A DNA stretch of 63,999 nucleotides, filler included, from Barthelona sp. PAP020 (Eukaryota), in assembly GCA_040182905.1 (NCBI GenBank). It is 23 parts of 23 records of this genome, joined end to end, with 100 filler letters (N's around TTAATTAATTAA, not from the genome) between each part and the next. Parts side by side here need not be neighbours in the genome. Positions count along the whole stretch, not along the records: positions 31,530 to 34,228 come from JARQWU010000800.1; positions 34,329 to 37,026 come from JARQWU010000801.1; positions 37,127 to 39,824 come from JARQWU010000802.1; positions 39,925 to 42,620 come from JARQWU010000803.1; positions 42,721 to 45,356 come from JARQWU010000806.1; 18 more parts are not named here. The stretch is one strand, 5' to 3'. Below are positions 33,510 through 43,703 of this stretch, in pieces; the stretch's first letter is position 1, and the number at the start of each line of letters is the position of its first letter. Under the pieces are notes generated by a model. That model saw only the letters and a program-made list of their open reading frames with translations, made no database searches and was not told the DNA's origin. Both the position numbers and the translations under genes were made by a program.

Positions 33510-34228
33510 TTATCCGCTAAAAAAGTTTCTTTTGACAATTTGGATTAAATTAGACCCAACAACAGATCCACAATCTCCAATAAAGAAGAACATTGAAGTG
33601 GCGATCAAATTATATTTGGAATGGACTTTTTCATCTATTTCTCGGGTAGATTGACAATAAATGGTACCGTTAGCCCAAGCTACCGCAAAAGCACAGAATA
33701 AAGTGATTGCGCCGAATTGTGACAAACCACAAATGATGCCAAAGGCAGAAATAATTAAATGAATAAAGGGAGAATGTCTTCCAAGGTCAAAAAAGACTCT
33801 ACGTGAACAGAAATCTCCTAAAAAGAAAAGGATATTATAAATAGCTACAAAGGCATTGTGAGATAAGGTGAAACTGAAAACACCGTAATCTAATAGGACA
33901 GGTCTATCACCAAAAATATACAATACAATACCGGGGCTAAAGAATGAAACACAGAACATATTAAACATCATAGCAACAGCATAAGGAAGGACAGGTCCAA
34001 TCCAGTCCTTTATTTCATCTAAATAATTCCTCATGTCAGTCAAAGAAATTCCTTGTCCTTTAACTTCTCTATTAGGCATTCTAAATTTCACGCAAAACAT
34101 ACCGAAAAGAATAAGAACACCAATTGAGCCATATATGTATTCAACATGTTCATCTAATGAGGGAAAAGCAACCATAGCTACGAAAGAACCAACAGTAAGA
34201 AGACTGACTCCTGGTGGAATACCAGAAA
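33510..34228 (-). CDS. Multi-pass transporter, CLN3/battenin-like (5' partial)
   Basis: Multiple TM segments; YN..FFLGDF.SRR, NG.IY, GD.GS..G motifs. Confidence 0.55.
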
Positions 34229-34328
34229 NNNNNNNNNNNNNNNNNNNNNNNNNNNNNNNNNNNNNNNNNNNNTTAATTAATTAANNNNNNNNNNNNNNNN
34301 NNNNNNNNNNNNNNNNNNNNNNNNNNNN

Positions 34329-36414
34329 TGTCTTCTTTTTCACAGTTGCCCAAAGAAGGTTCAACCTTGGCGTTGCCATAAATCTGATGCGAATCTGCAT
34401 TCACATGAGCTAACCAATTATCCGTCTTTCTGGGGGTAGGATGTGTAAATAATCTTGAATAACGATGAACAACGGAATCAACAGCACCATCAGAAACCCA
34501 ATGCAAGTTACCTTTTACTTTCTTGTCAACAGGACCAATATAACGAACATGAATTTCTTCATCATCATGACTGACATATTCAACACAACCCAAATATCTT
34601 AAATTGACTTGACGGCCAGGAACCAACCCGTAAAATACAACTTTTTTACCTGTTGAAACCCTTTCTTCTTCAAGTTGTTCCTCAGTCTTAAAATCAGACT
34701 TTTCAATGAAACAAACAGAACTTACAGGTACTTGACGAGATCCAGCGCTGGCATCCTTTGGGAAATTTGGCATTTCAACCATATTCAAAGGTAAATCTTC
34801 AATGATTAAACGAACGGGATTCAATACAGCAAAACGACGTTGATGAGTTGCATCAGCATCTGTACGAATGAAATGATTGAGCAAATCAGGATCAACAGAT
34901 GTGTTATCGTTACGAGTATATGAAACTTCACGACAGAAAGCCTTGACAGCTTCAGGACGAACACCACGACGACGAAGAGCTTGCAAAGTAAGTAAACGAG
35001 GATCATCAAAACCATCAACAATACCAAGATCAATTAACTTGTTAATATAACGTTTAGACATAACGTTATGGGTAATGTTAAGACGAGAAAACTCCCAAAC
35101 AAATGGTTTGTACAAACCAAGTTTCTCAAGTAACCAATAGTATGAATCTTGACGATTTTGGAATTCTAAAGAACAAAGAGAATGTGTAATATCTTCAATA
35201 GAATCACAAATACAGTGTGTAAAATCGTACATAGGATAAATGCACCACTTGTCACCAGATTGATGATGAGGAACGTATTTAATTCTGTAAGCACTTAAAT
35301 CCCACATACAAGGCTTTGGAGAAGTATAATCCATCTTCATACGAACAATACACTCTCCTTCATCAAAGAAACCGGCACGCATACGACGGAAAAGTTTAAG
35401 ATTCTCTTCAGGTGTTGTATCACGATAAGAAGAAGGTTCATGAGCTTGACGCATCTCACTCATCTTTTCAAGGGGTGTGAAATCAACGTAGGCATCACCT
35501 TGGGAAATAAGCTGTTCACAATAAGCATATAAGTTATCAAAGTAACCAGAAGCAAAATTTGTTGCTTTAGGTGTATAACCCATCCAACCAATATCTTGTT
35601 TGATGGTTTCAACAAGATCATCACTTTCAGCTTCAGGATTTGTATCATCAAAACGAAGATTTGTATAACCGTTGCTCACTTCAGCTTCACGGAATGACAG
35701 ATACATAGCTTTAGCATGTCCAATATGCAAATATCCATTAGGTTCTGGTGGGAAACGAGTAACAACACATCCTCCAGTTCTTTCTAAATGCTTTAAAAGC
35801 ATGTCTTTATTATTTAAAATGGTATTTTGATGAGGGGCAGGGAAAGCTGCTTTTTGATATATGGGTAAGCTTTTATCAACAGTATCACCAGCCAAAGGAA
35901 GGTCGATTTTTGGGAATTCATCTTCTTTGAGAGGAACAACACTTTCTTGTTTAACATCCTTTGTTTCTTTTTGAGGCTTTTTGGCTTTTTTCTTTTTTCC
36001 TTTTGGCTTTTCACCATGCATCTCACTAATAATCTTTTCAACATTCATGGTAATCAACTTTCTAGGAATCCAAGGAGATTTTTCACGAACAAAATCAAGG
36101 TAGGCAAGAACTTGGAAATCTTCCCAACCATTTTCAACCCAATCATTGTGCTCTTTCATAACTTCTGCAACAATTTCTGCAACTTCTTCATCAGTAAACA
36201 CCAATCCAACACCAAACTTCTCATCCAAAATATCATAAGATTCAATGTCCAAATTGATACGATCATTTAAATAAGAAACATATGCTGATAGTCTATCGGC
36301 ATCAATCTTCTCAGAAGAAACCAATTCTTCCAAATGTCTGTAGTGTTCAGTATCATTTTCAAATTTCAAGTTTTTCTTGATATAATTCATTAAATGAAGC
36401 TGATTTTTGTTCAT
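34329..36414 (-). CDS. QARS: Glutaminyl-tRNA synthetase, eukaryotic type (3' partial)
   Basis: TRFPPEPNGYLHIGHAKA, WCIYPMYDFTHCICDSIEDITHSLCSLEF, VMSKR; N-terminal extension with GVG..FT.EEV. Confidence 0.95.
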
Positions 36415-36483
36415 TTTTAATAGTATTATTGATGAAAAAAAGATTCAACTTTTGGAAATTAATAAATTTTTTTTAGGTGATTG

Positions 36484-37026
36484 ATGTCTCAAAATTTAGA
36501 ACAATTTGATGAATTCGATAATCATTACAAAGGAATAATTATAGAAAAAGTTCTTGTGACAACAAAAAAGAATTGTTCCAAAAAGGCCCTTCCTTTTGTG
36601 AGGGAAATCTGCAAAATGTTTCCAAATGGACATTATAAACAAAGAGAAAAATTATCCATGGAAGAATTGCAAGAATATTGTTTAGAGAATGATTTTACAG
36701 ATTTAGTCGTATTTAATGAAGATAGACACAAAATAACACAAATGATCCATGTTCATTTACCAGAAGGACCAACGGCACATTACAATGTAATGAGTTGTGT
36801 TTCTCAAAAGAAAATTTCAAATTATGGAGTCGCTGACAAAGGAAATCCAGAGTTAATCGTCTCGAATTTTACCACAAGATTGGGAGATAGATGTTCAAGA
36901 ATGCTTGGTTGCTTATTTCCACAAACCGAAGAGTTGGTGAAAAGACAAGCAATAATGATCAGGAATCAAAGAGATTTCATTTTTATTCGTCGATACAGAT
37001 ACATATTTGAAAATGAAAATAAAGTT
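36484..37026 (+). CDS. RPF1: Ribosome production factor 1 (Brix domain; 3' partial)
   Basis: DEF..HY, FTDLVVFNED, HLPEGPTAHY, PELIVSNFTTRLG, NQRDFIFIRRYRYIF. Confidence 0.9.
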
Positions 37027-37126
37027 NNNNNNNNNNNNNNNNNNNNNNNNNNNNNNNNNNNNNNNNNNNNTTAATTAATTAANNNNNNNNNNNNNNNNNN
37101 NNNNNNNNNNNNNNNNNNNNNNNNNN

Positions 37127-38326
37127 ACTTTTTTTGAGGTGATGACCGGTTATATTCCCTTTGACGGGGTGCCTGATCATATGGTCAATTTAAAGCTCTG
37201 TACTGGAATGAAGCCTTTCAGCAATATTGAGCGGGTTGTTGGATATGAGTTCGTATCCAGGTGTTTTGATTCCAACCCTGAAAAAAGACCCACTTTTTCA
37301 GAGATTATCGAATACCTTGATTTGTTGATTAACGGGTTGGAAATGATGAGTACAATAGCGAAACATGAAAATTATGTTGACCCATATGTTAAGTATAAGA
37401 TGGATCAAGTTGTTGTTCCAAATGGGTTTGATGTTGATGGATTTGAAGATAATGGAAGTCCAAAGAAGATCTATTTTGCAGCGCTTGAAGGTAATCTTGA
37501 GGTTGTCAAGCAGTGTATCAAAGCTGGCGTTGATGTGAACAAACAGGGAAAGGAAGGAAGGACATCGCTTTGTGGAGCTGCTTTTGATGGACATATCAAA
37601 GTTGTTGAGTTTTTGTTGAATTTTGGAGCTGATGTTAATTTATGTATGAATGAGGGATATTCTCCATTGTACATCAGTTGTGAAAATGGTCATCTTGATG
37701 TTACTAAAATGCTCTTGGATCATGGCGCTGATGTCAGTTTGTGTAATGATAATGGTGCTTCTCCATTATACATCAGTTGTCTAAATGGTCATTTTGATGT
37801 TGCTAAAATGCTCTTGGATCATGGGGCTGATGTTAATTTGTGTAGGAACGGTGGATTTTCTCCATTATACATCAGTTGTGATAAAAATCATCTTGATGTT
37901 GCCAAAATGCTCTTGGATCATGGAGCTGATATTAATTTGTGCGATGAAAAGGGGTTTTCTCCATTGTACGTCAATTGTGAAAATGGTCACCTTGATATCG
38001 CCACAATGCTCTTGAATTATGGAGCAGATATTAATTTGTGCAATGATAATGGTGCTTCTCCATTATACATCAGTTGTTTAAATGGTCATTTTGATGTTGC
38101 CAAAATGCTCTTGGATCATGGGGCTGATGTTAATTTGTGTAGGAATGGTGGATTTTCTCCATTGTACAGTTGTTGTGAAAAAGGTCATCTTGACATAGTT
38201 AAACTTCTTTTAGATCATGGGGCCAATGTAAAACTCAAAGTTCAACAAAGATGGACACCAATAGATATTGCCAGAAGCAAAGGTCATTCCAAAATTGTAC
38301 AACTTCTCCAGCCCTTCTATAATTGA
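37127..38326 (+). CDS. Protein kinase (C-lobe visible) fused to 9 ankyrin repeats (5' partial)
   Basis: FEVMTGYIPF...RCFDSNPEKRPTFSEIIEYL (kinase subdomains IX-XI), then MDQVVVPNGFDVD and ankyrin repeats of the same family as the 24120 gene. Confidence 0.9.
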   Translation, partial: TFFEVMTGYIPFDGVPDHMVNLKLCTGMKPFSNIERVVGYEFVSRCFDSNPEKRPTFSEIIEYLDLLINGLEMMSTIAKHENYVDPYVKYKMDQVVVPNGFDVDGFEDNGSPKKIYFAALEGNLEVVKQCIKAGVDVNKQGKEGRTSLCGAAFDGHIKVVEFLLNFGADVNLCMNEGYSPLYISCENGHLDVTKMLLDHGADVSLCNDNGASPLYISCLNGHFDVAKMLLDHGADVNLCRNGGFSPLYISCDKNHLDVAKMLLDHGADINLCDEKGFSPLYVNCENGHLDIATMLLNYGADINLCNDNGASPLYISCLNGHFDVAKMLLDHGADVNLCRNGGFSPLYSCCEKGHLDIVKLLLDHGANVKLKVQQRWTPIDIARSKGHSKIVQLLQPFYN

Positions 38327-38811
38327 TCCAATCCTTTTCCTTTTTTTTCAAACTTGAATTCACAAAACACTGGCGTATTGATAAATTATCACACAACAAT
38401 ATTACTTGAAAACACCCAACTTTATATCACAGCTTTCTATTCATATTTTAAATTTGCAGTTTTGGATTAAATTATAACCCACATTTTATGAACCCTTCAA
38501 TTTTGATTGATAATCAAAGAGTGAGCTTTGTTCTCTTCAATGGCTCAACCACAACGAAAAATCTTCAACTTATTATGCATACTTTGTTTGAACTGCAATA
38601 AACATCAAGTTATGTTTAATTGGGTGGTTGTATGATACAAATGCATGATGAATGACTTCACAATTCTTATTGCTTCCAAATAAAAATAATAACTTTTAAT
38701 GAGTAAATATTGTATGATTGGTGTTTGCTTTTTGGATTTTAAAGTTTTAAAGAAATTGTCGAAAATTTTGAACTTTTAATTAGCTTTCAAAAATGGTAAA
38801 AATTCTTTTTA

Positions 38812-38926
38812 ACAAAAGAGAAATTTTGAAGTTTTGATTTTCACTTTGAAGAACGAAAGCTTTTAATTGAATAAATATTTTCTTTTTTTTTCATTCATAT
38901 TCATTATGTTTTTTTGGCTTGAAATA
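38812..38926 (-). repeat. Old degenerate copy of the repeat A core
   Basis: CGAAAGCTTTTAATTGAATAAATATTTTCT..TCATTCATATTCATTATG..TTTGGCTTGAAATA aligns with 25917-25990. Confidence 0.6.
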
Positions 38927-38997
38927 TTCATTTCAAGAATGAAAGAAGTTATAAATCCGTTTCCATTTTTTTTAAAAAAGCTTTGAAACTTAAAAGT

Positions 38998-39152
38998 AAT
39001 TGGTGCAGTTGTGAAACAACGATATTTATTTACAGAGATAACAAACTCAGAAGACTAATTTTACCAAATTTCAGTCAAAATTCCAGGAGGAGAATTAACT
39101 AAAATGCAATTTGAACAATCAAGCAAGAGAATTTTTAAGAAATTTTTCATTT
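38998..39152 (-). repeat. Inverted arm of repeat A abutting a plus-strand core
   Basis: AGTTGTGAAACAAC.ATATTTATTTACA...CAAATTTCAGTCAAAAT.CCAGGAGG.GAATT...AGAAATTTTTCATT matches the reverse complement of 16921-17075. Confidence 0.8.
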
Positions 39153-39155
39153 TTG

Positions 39156-39500
39156 TTTCCAAGCCAAGAAGCACTGTGCGTATGAGTGAGTAAAAAAGAA
39201 TAGTGTTTGTTTGGTTAAAGGCTTTCGAGGCCCGATTGATCTGTTGAAAAACTTTAGATTTTCCAAGGTAAAGTTTAAACTTTAAAATTTTGCTTTTTGC
39301 AAAAACTCAAAAGAATAGGAATGAAGAATTTCTTCGAAATTCTCCCACTTAATCGTTCCAATTACATTTCAGTCCCTCAATTTCCCTGCTGGGATCTTGA
39401 CATGAAATTTGCTAGAATGAGTTTTCTGAGTTTTCTTTCTTTGAAACATCTACCAATTAAATATAATTTTAACAATCCAACAAAATAATTTCAGAGATTG
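39156..39500 (+). repeat. Repeat family A, core plus arm
   Basis: Collinear with 16757-17110. Confidence 0.9.
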
Positions 39501-39569
39501 TTTCCAATATTTACTGAAACAAAAGATTTTTGGAAACAAAAGGCTTAAAAAAAAAAAAGATTTTTTGAA

Positions 39570-39642
39570 GAGGATATAGTGTAACCAGGCAGCATCCCAG
39601 GCTCCAACCCTGTTGGTGGGGGTTCAAATCCCTCTATTCTCA
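39570..39642 (+). tRNA. tRNA-Trp(CCA) with 4-bp anticodon stem (C27.U43 mismatch)
   Basis: Acceptor GAGGATA/TATTCTC, D stem GTGT/GCAT, anticodon arm C-CAGG-CTCCAAC-CCTG-T, T arm GGGGG-TTCAAAT-CCCTC, G1-C72 and A73, TTTT shortly downstream. Confidence 0.9.
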
Positions 39643-39924
39643 AATTTTAAGTTGAATTTTCGAAGGACGAGGATCGAGTCTTCAAATTCCATAAACACAG
39701 GATATTCACGTTAGACGAATTCACGTTGGACGAAAGGGCAAAATTAAAGGCTTTAATTTATATTTACTAACTGGGGTTGGGGAAATTACTCCATGGTATC
39801 TTTGCTGTTTTGGTCAACCGATTCNNNNNNNNNNNNNNNNNNNNNNNNNNNNNNNNNNNNNNNNNNNNTTAATTAATTAANNNNNNNNNNNNNNNNNNNN
39901 NNNNNNNNNNNNNNNNNNNNNNNN

Positions 39925-40113
39925 TCCGATTCATCATCATTTAATCTATCAGGAGCTATGTTTTTAACGGTTAATAAACCACCAACCACATCAAAAACGT
40001 GCTTGACTGCATGACTTTTCTTCTAAATCAAAAGTTAGTTAAAATAAAAAATATAAATATACTTTTGGATCGGTATTCAATGTAAAACCTGGTAAAGAAG
40101 GATTGGAATCCAT
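39925..40113 (-). CDS. Probable RIB72/EFHC1 N-terminus; exons 40113-40063 + 40022-contig edge
   Basis: Spliced MDSNPSLPGFTLNTDPK|KKSHAVKHVFDVVGG resembles the EFHC1 start (LPG.SF.D.TK..FH..Q.L...NG). Absent from the ORF track. Confidence 0.55.
40023..40062 (-). other. 40-nt spliceosomal intron
   Basis: GTATAT...ACTAAC-TTTTGATT-TAG; removal joins two open frames. Confidence 0.8.
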
Positions 40114-40229
40114 TTTTAATGTACAAAAAAATTAAATTTAAAAAAAAATTTTCTAAAAGAAAAAAATGGTGTTTAAATATGATATTTTTTATAAAAAATG
40201 ACAAAATATTGTATGCCTTTATGTAAAAA

Positions 40230-41342
40230 TTAAGAAAATACATGATTCCAACAATTTTGAATGATTTCTTTTTCATCATCATCACATACAACAATAATAA
40301 CTTCTTCAATAGTATTTTTTTGATTTCTATGGGTAACAGCATCAAAATGAAGTCTTTGAATGATACTTTTCAAAACCAAATTTCCAACTTCAAATTTTGG
40401 TAGATTTGAAAATTTATCACCTCCAACAATTGGTAACACAAGTTTACCCTTAGCTTTGGATAGAAAAAAATTCAAAACAACACTTAAAATTTTTTTCCAG
40501 TTTTCATTCGCAAAATTGGGAATATTTGCTAAAAATACCTCTTTAAAAGTATTATTACCTTCAATAACAAAATTAGTCAAGTAACCATCAGAAAGAGGCG
40601 TCAAGATGGCTTTATATTTGATTAATTCATCTTGATTTCTCTTGTCCATGGAATTAAGAATGTATTTTCCATCTTCAACAAGTGGATCAAAATTTTCATT
40701 GATTGGTAACAGCACTGAATCTCCTGAAATCATACCCAAGTCGCCTAAAAATAGATATATGTCAACTTCATTGTAGCAAGTGAAAGATATCAACTCAACT
40801 TTCTTTTTATCAGTAGTTCTTGGTTTTAATTCATAGTTAAGCGTTTTTAGCTGTTCAAATTGTTCTTTTATTTCTTTTGAACTATTTACAAATGGGGTTG
40901 AAATTGAATATTTAAATTGAATATTGTCATAGGTATTCTTCTTTTCTATTATCCAAGGATGGTCATATCTTTCTAAATGCTCTTTCAAATTCGTGTACAT
41001 ACAATCAGGTCCTTGGGGACAAACTTTCTTTACAGTTCTCAAAGAAGGAATGATTTCTCTTAATTCAACAAAAGATACATTTTTCAAATCAAGGTTTTCC
41101 CCTCTTTCATTAATATTAATAGTAAAAATTATGTCTTTGTCATCTTTAGGATGAAAAAAAAATTTCAAATGCAAAGGATGTGACAAAGTACAATTATCTT
41201 CCAGAACACACGGATGTCGACTTCTAAAAATATGATTCAAATCCTCATCCTCCAACTTCTTGCATTCAACTCCACATTTGCAATGGGATATTTCTTTAAT
41301 ATTTTCTGATTCTTTTTCAAACTTGAATGTCTTGTTTTGCAT
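40230..41342 (-). CDS. PBZ-like CCHH zinc fingers plus degenerate macrodomain
   Basis: C..G.EC.........H.....H, C....NC....P.H...F.HP and CPQGPDC.......H...YDHP; C-terminal IYLFLGDL....GDSVLLPIN, LVLPIVGG..F..P, IEEVIIVVCD. Confidence 0.6.
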   Translation of the reverse strand: MQNKTFKFEKESENIKEISHCKCGVECKKLEDEDLNHIFRSRHPCVLEDNCTLSHPLHLKFFFHPKDDKDIIFTININERGENLDLKNVSFVELREIIPSLRTVKKVCPQGPDCMYTNLKEHLERYDHPWIIEKKNTYDNIQFKYSISTPFVNSSKEIKEQFEQLKTLNYELKPRTTDKKKVELISFTCYNEVDIYLFLGDLGMISGDSVLLPINENFDPLVEDGKYILNSMDKRNQDELIKYKAILTPLSDGYLTNFVIEGNNTFKEVFLANIPNFANENWKKILSVVLNFFLSKAKGKLVLPIVGGDKFSNLPKFEVGNLVLKSIIQRLHFDAVTHRNQKNTIEEVIIVVCDDDEKEIIQNCWNHVFS

Positions 41343-41543
41343 GTAAATGTTGTTAAAAATTCTAATCTAAATGGTACTTTTCATGAAAAAAATTTTGTTA
41401 AACAAAATAACATATAAAATGAACAACAAAAGTCAATTTTTATTATTAGAAACATCAAAATAATCAATTTTCGCAAAAGTACAAACTAGATTTAAACAAT
41501 AAATCCAAAAAAAAAAAATTACATTTTTTGTGCATTTGTGAAT

Positions 41544-42620
41544 ATGAATATATATAACCTGGTGACTTTTGCATATTTATTAATTGCAGTGTCTGCAGTG
41601 GCTCAATTGTTGCCTCAGGGAGTTATTGTTAACACTGATTATTCCTATGAAAATCCTCCTACATTTGCGTTGGAAATTCTTGAAGGACAAAGCGTTATGA
41701 TCGATGTTAATGTTTCTTCATTAACAATATTTGCTTCTACTGATTCAGAAGTTTCCAGATATAATTATGAATTTGTTGGTCAAGATTTTTTAAACATTGC
41801 TTCTGAAAAACTTTCTTCAGGTATGTTGTATATAACTGTTGTAGCTGAATATGGGACTGATTTTCCTTTTGCAATTAAGGCACAATCAACAATTTGGTTG
41901 AAAATTGGAACAAACACATTCACTCAAGCAGCCAATAATATTATGTATTTTTCCCATTTATGGTGTACTTACGATTTTTCAGATCCTTTCACTTCAAAAA
42001 TTACTTCCTCTAATGGTGCTGCTTTGAAAGTTTATTTGTCAATACATACCGCCAGACCTTCTGAGGAAGAGCATGATTTACAGATTATGTCTGAACCATA
42101 TGATATAGATTTTAAAGCTGGTTCTTTACATTATTATTTTGCTGTTATTTCTGACAAGGACACTGATATCACTTTTGAAGTGAGTTCTCCGAAAGTTTTA
42201 ACACTTTCTGAAACAGCTACTCAAGTTATTGCAGCACCTGCGTGTAATCTTTATTCTTCATTTACAGTTGATGGTGATGCCAAATCTATCGTAATGGGTT
42301 GGATTGAAAAAGTGGATGAAAATGTCCAAAGTTCTTCCCATTCTTTAGATGTTTCATACAGTTATGGTTCCTACAATTCAAAGCCTACTGCTTCCCATTC
42401 TGATGGCACTTTCGAACTATTCCCTGGTTCTTTCAATGAGTTTGACGTCAATGACCTTGCAGCAGGTAAAACTATGTATTTTGGTACAATGATGTCTCAT
42501 GTTCCTTTTCATCCATTTAATTATAAATTGGTTGCATCCCAACGCATGAATATTGTTGATATGGGTGTTTTAAAGACAATTACATTTAATGAAGGAGAAA
42601 AGGAAGGATTTTTCCTTTTG
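41544..42620 (+). CDS. Secreted/surface protein, beta-rich repeated modules (3' partial)
   Basis: Signal peptide (FAYLLIAVSAVA-Q); recurring IFAST..EVS..NYE / VYLS....RPS...HD / S...SKPT..HSD modules. Confidence 0.75.
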
Positions 42621-42721
42621 NNNNNNNNNNNNNNNNNNNNNNNNNNNNNNNNNNNNNNNNNNNNTTAATTAATTAANNNNNNNNNNNNNNNNNNNNNNNN
42701 NNNNNNNNNNNNNNNNNNNNA

Positions 42722-42907
42722 CACATTAGTGATTTAACTATCAGATTGAAAGAATTGACAAAAAGACACAATGAAATGATAGGTGTTTTTTGTGCAAAAT
42801 TGGAACAATATGGTATTTCGCCAGATGAACTTGGATTTGAACCTGCAAGAGCAGAAGAAAACGTTTCAATGGCACCTGCTGGGTTGGTATCCAAAAGGAG
42901 AGTGTAA
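42722..42907 (+). CDS. GAS8: Dynein regulatory complex subunit 4 (GAS8), C-terminal fragment
   Basis: ISDL...L..LTKRHNEMI..F.AKL..YGI..DELGF.P........APAGLVS. Absent from the ORF track. Confidence 0.9.
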   Translation, partial: HISDLTIRLKELTKRHNEMIGVFCAKLEQYGISPDELGFEPARAEENVSMAPAGLVSKRRV

Positions 42908-43108
42908 AGTAACATTTGTAAGGAGTTTTTTATTTATTTATATTTAAATCATTTTAATGTTTCTAGAATGTTTAAAATATTGCAATTTATTGAAACTAAA
43001 TAGTTCTTTTGTGAGTTTCTTAAAATGATTGATTTGATGTGAGAAGAATCATAAAAGAAATCAATTTTCCTTTTTAACCAAAACAATTTTTTTTTCAACA
43101 AATTAATT

Positions 43109-43440
43109 ATGGCCAAAGGAAGACCAGCAACTTTAAAAAATCTTGACAAACAATTTCAAAAACATGGAGTTCATAAGAAAGGAAAAGCCAAAGCTCAAGT
43201 ATTTATTTTAATATTATTCAAACTAACGTTATGTAGAAGAATGAAGAATCTTCAGTTGCTCCTTGGATTGTAGGTATTATTATGTTTATTTTACTTGGAA
43301 GTTCTTTGTTCCAATTGTTAAGATTTTTGACATGGGGTAAATCTGATATGAATCGTAGAGGTGTTGACGATGATGATGTTGAAATTGAAGATTTGACAGA
43401 AGATTTAATTGAAGACATGGAAGATATCGCCATTGAGTAA
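43109..43440 (+). CDS. SERP1: RAMP4/SERP1 with acidic C-terminal extension; exons 43109-43198 + 43237-43440
   Basis: Spliced ...QFQKHGVHKKGKAKAQ|KNEESSVAPWIVGIIMFILLGSSLFQLL matches RAMP4 (SVGPWLL.LF.FVV.GSAIFQII); 97 aa. Confidence 0.85.
43199..43236 (+). other. 38-nt spliceosomal intron
   Basis: GTATTT...ACTAAC-GTTATG-TAG. Confidence 0.85.
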
Positions 43441-43703
43441 TTTTTTGTGTTTTTTGAACGTTAGAATCGACGTTTATTTTTTTTATTTCTGGAAACATGA
43501 TGTATGAATGTTGATAAATGCTATATATAATATGTATCTTTTTTTTGTTTTTTTTTCCACAAAATCTCTTATGCATGAAGAGTTATACACTGAAAGCTAA
43601 AAACTGCACAAATATACATTTTTTTCCAAAAATAAAGAAGAAATGAACTTTATAAACTATCTTTTGTTTAAATACACAAACAAATACTTTCCTTACAAAA
43701 TGA

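Noticed and set aside
39655..39735. Small hairpin and 15-bp tandem duplication (ATTCACGTTRGACGA x2) downstream of tRNA-Trp
   Set aside because: Only two units and no other copy in the window; insufficient for a call.
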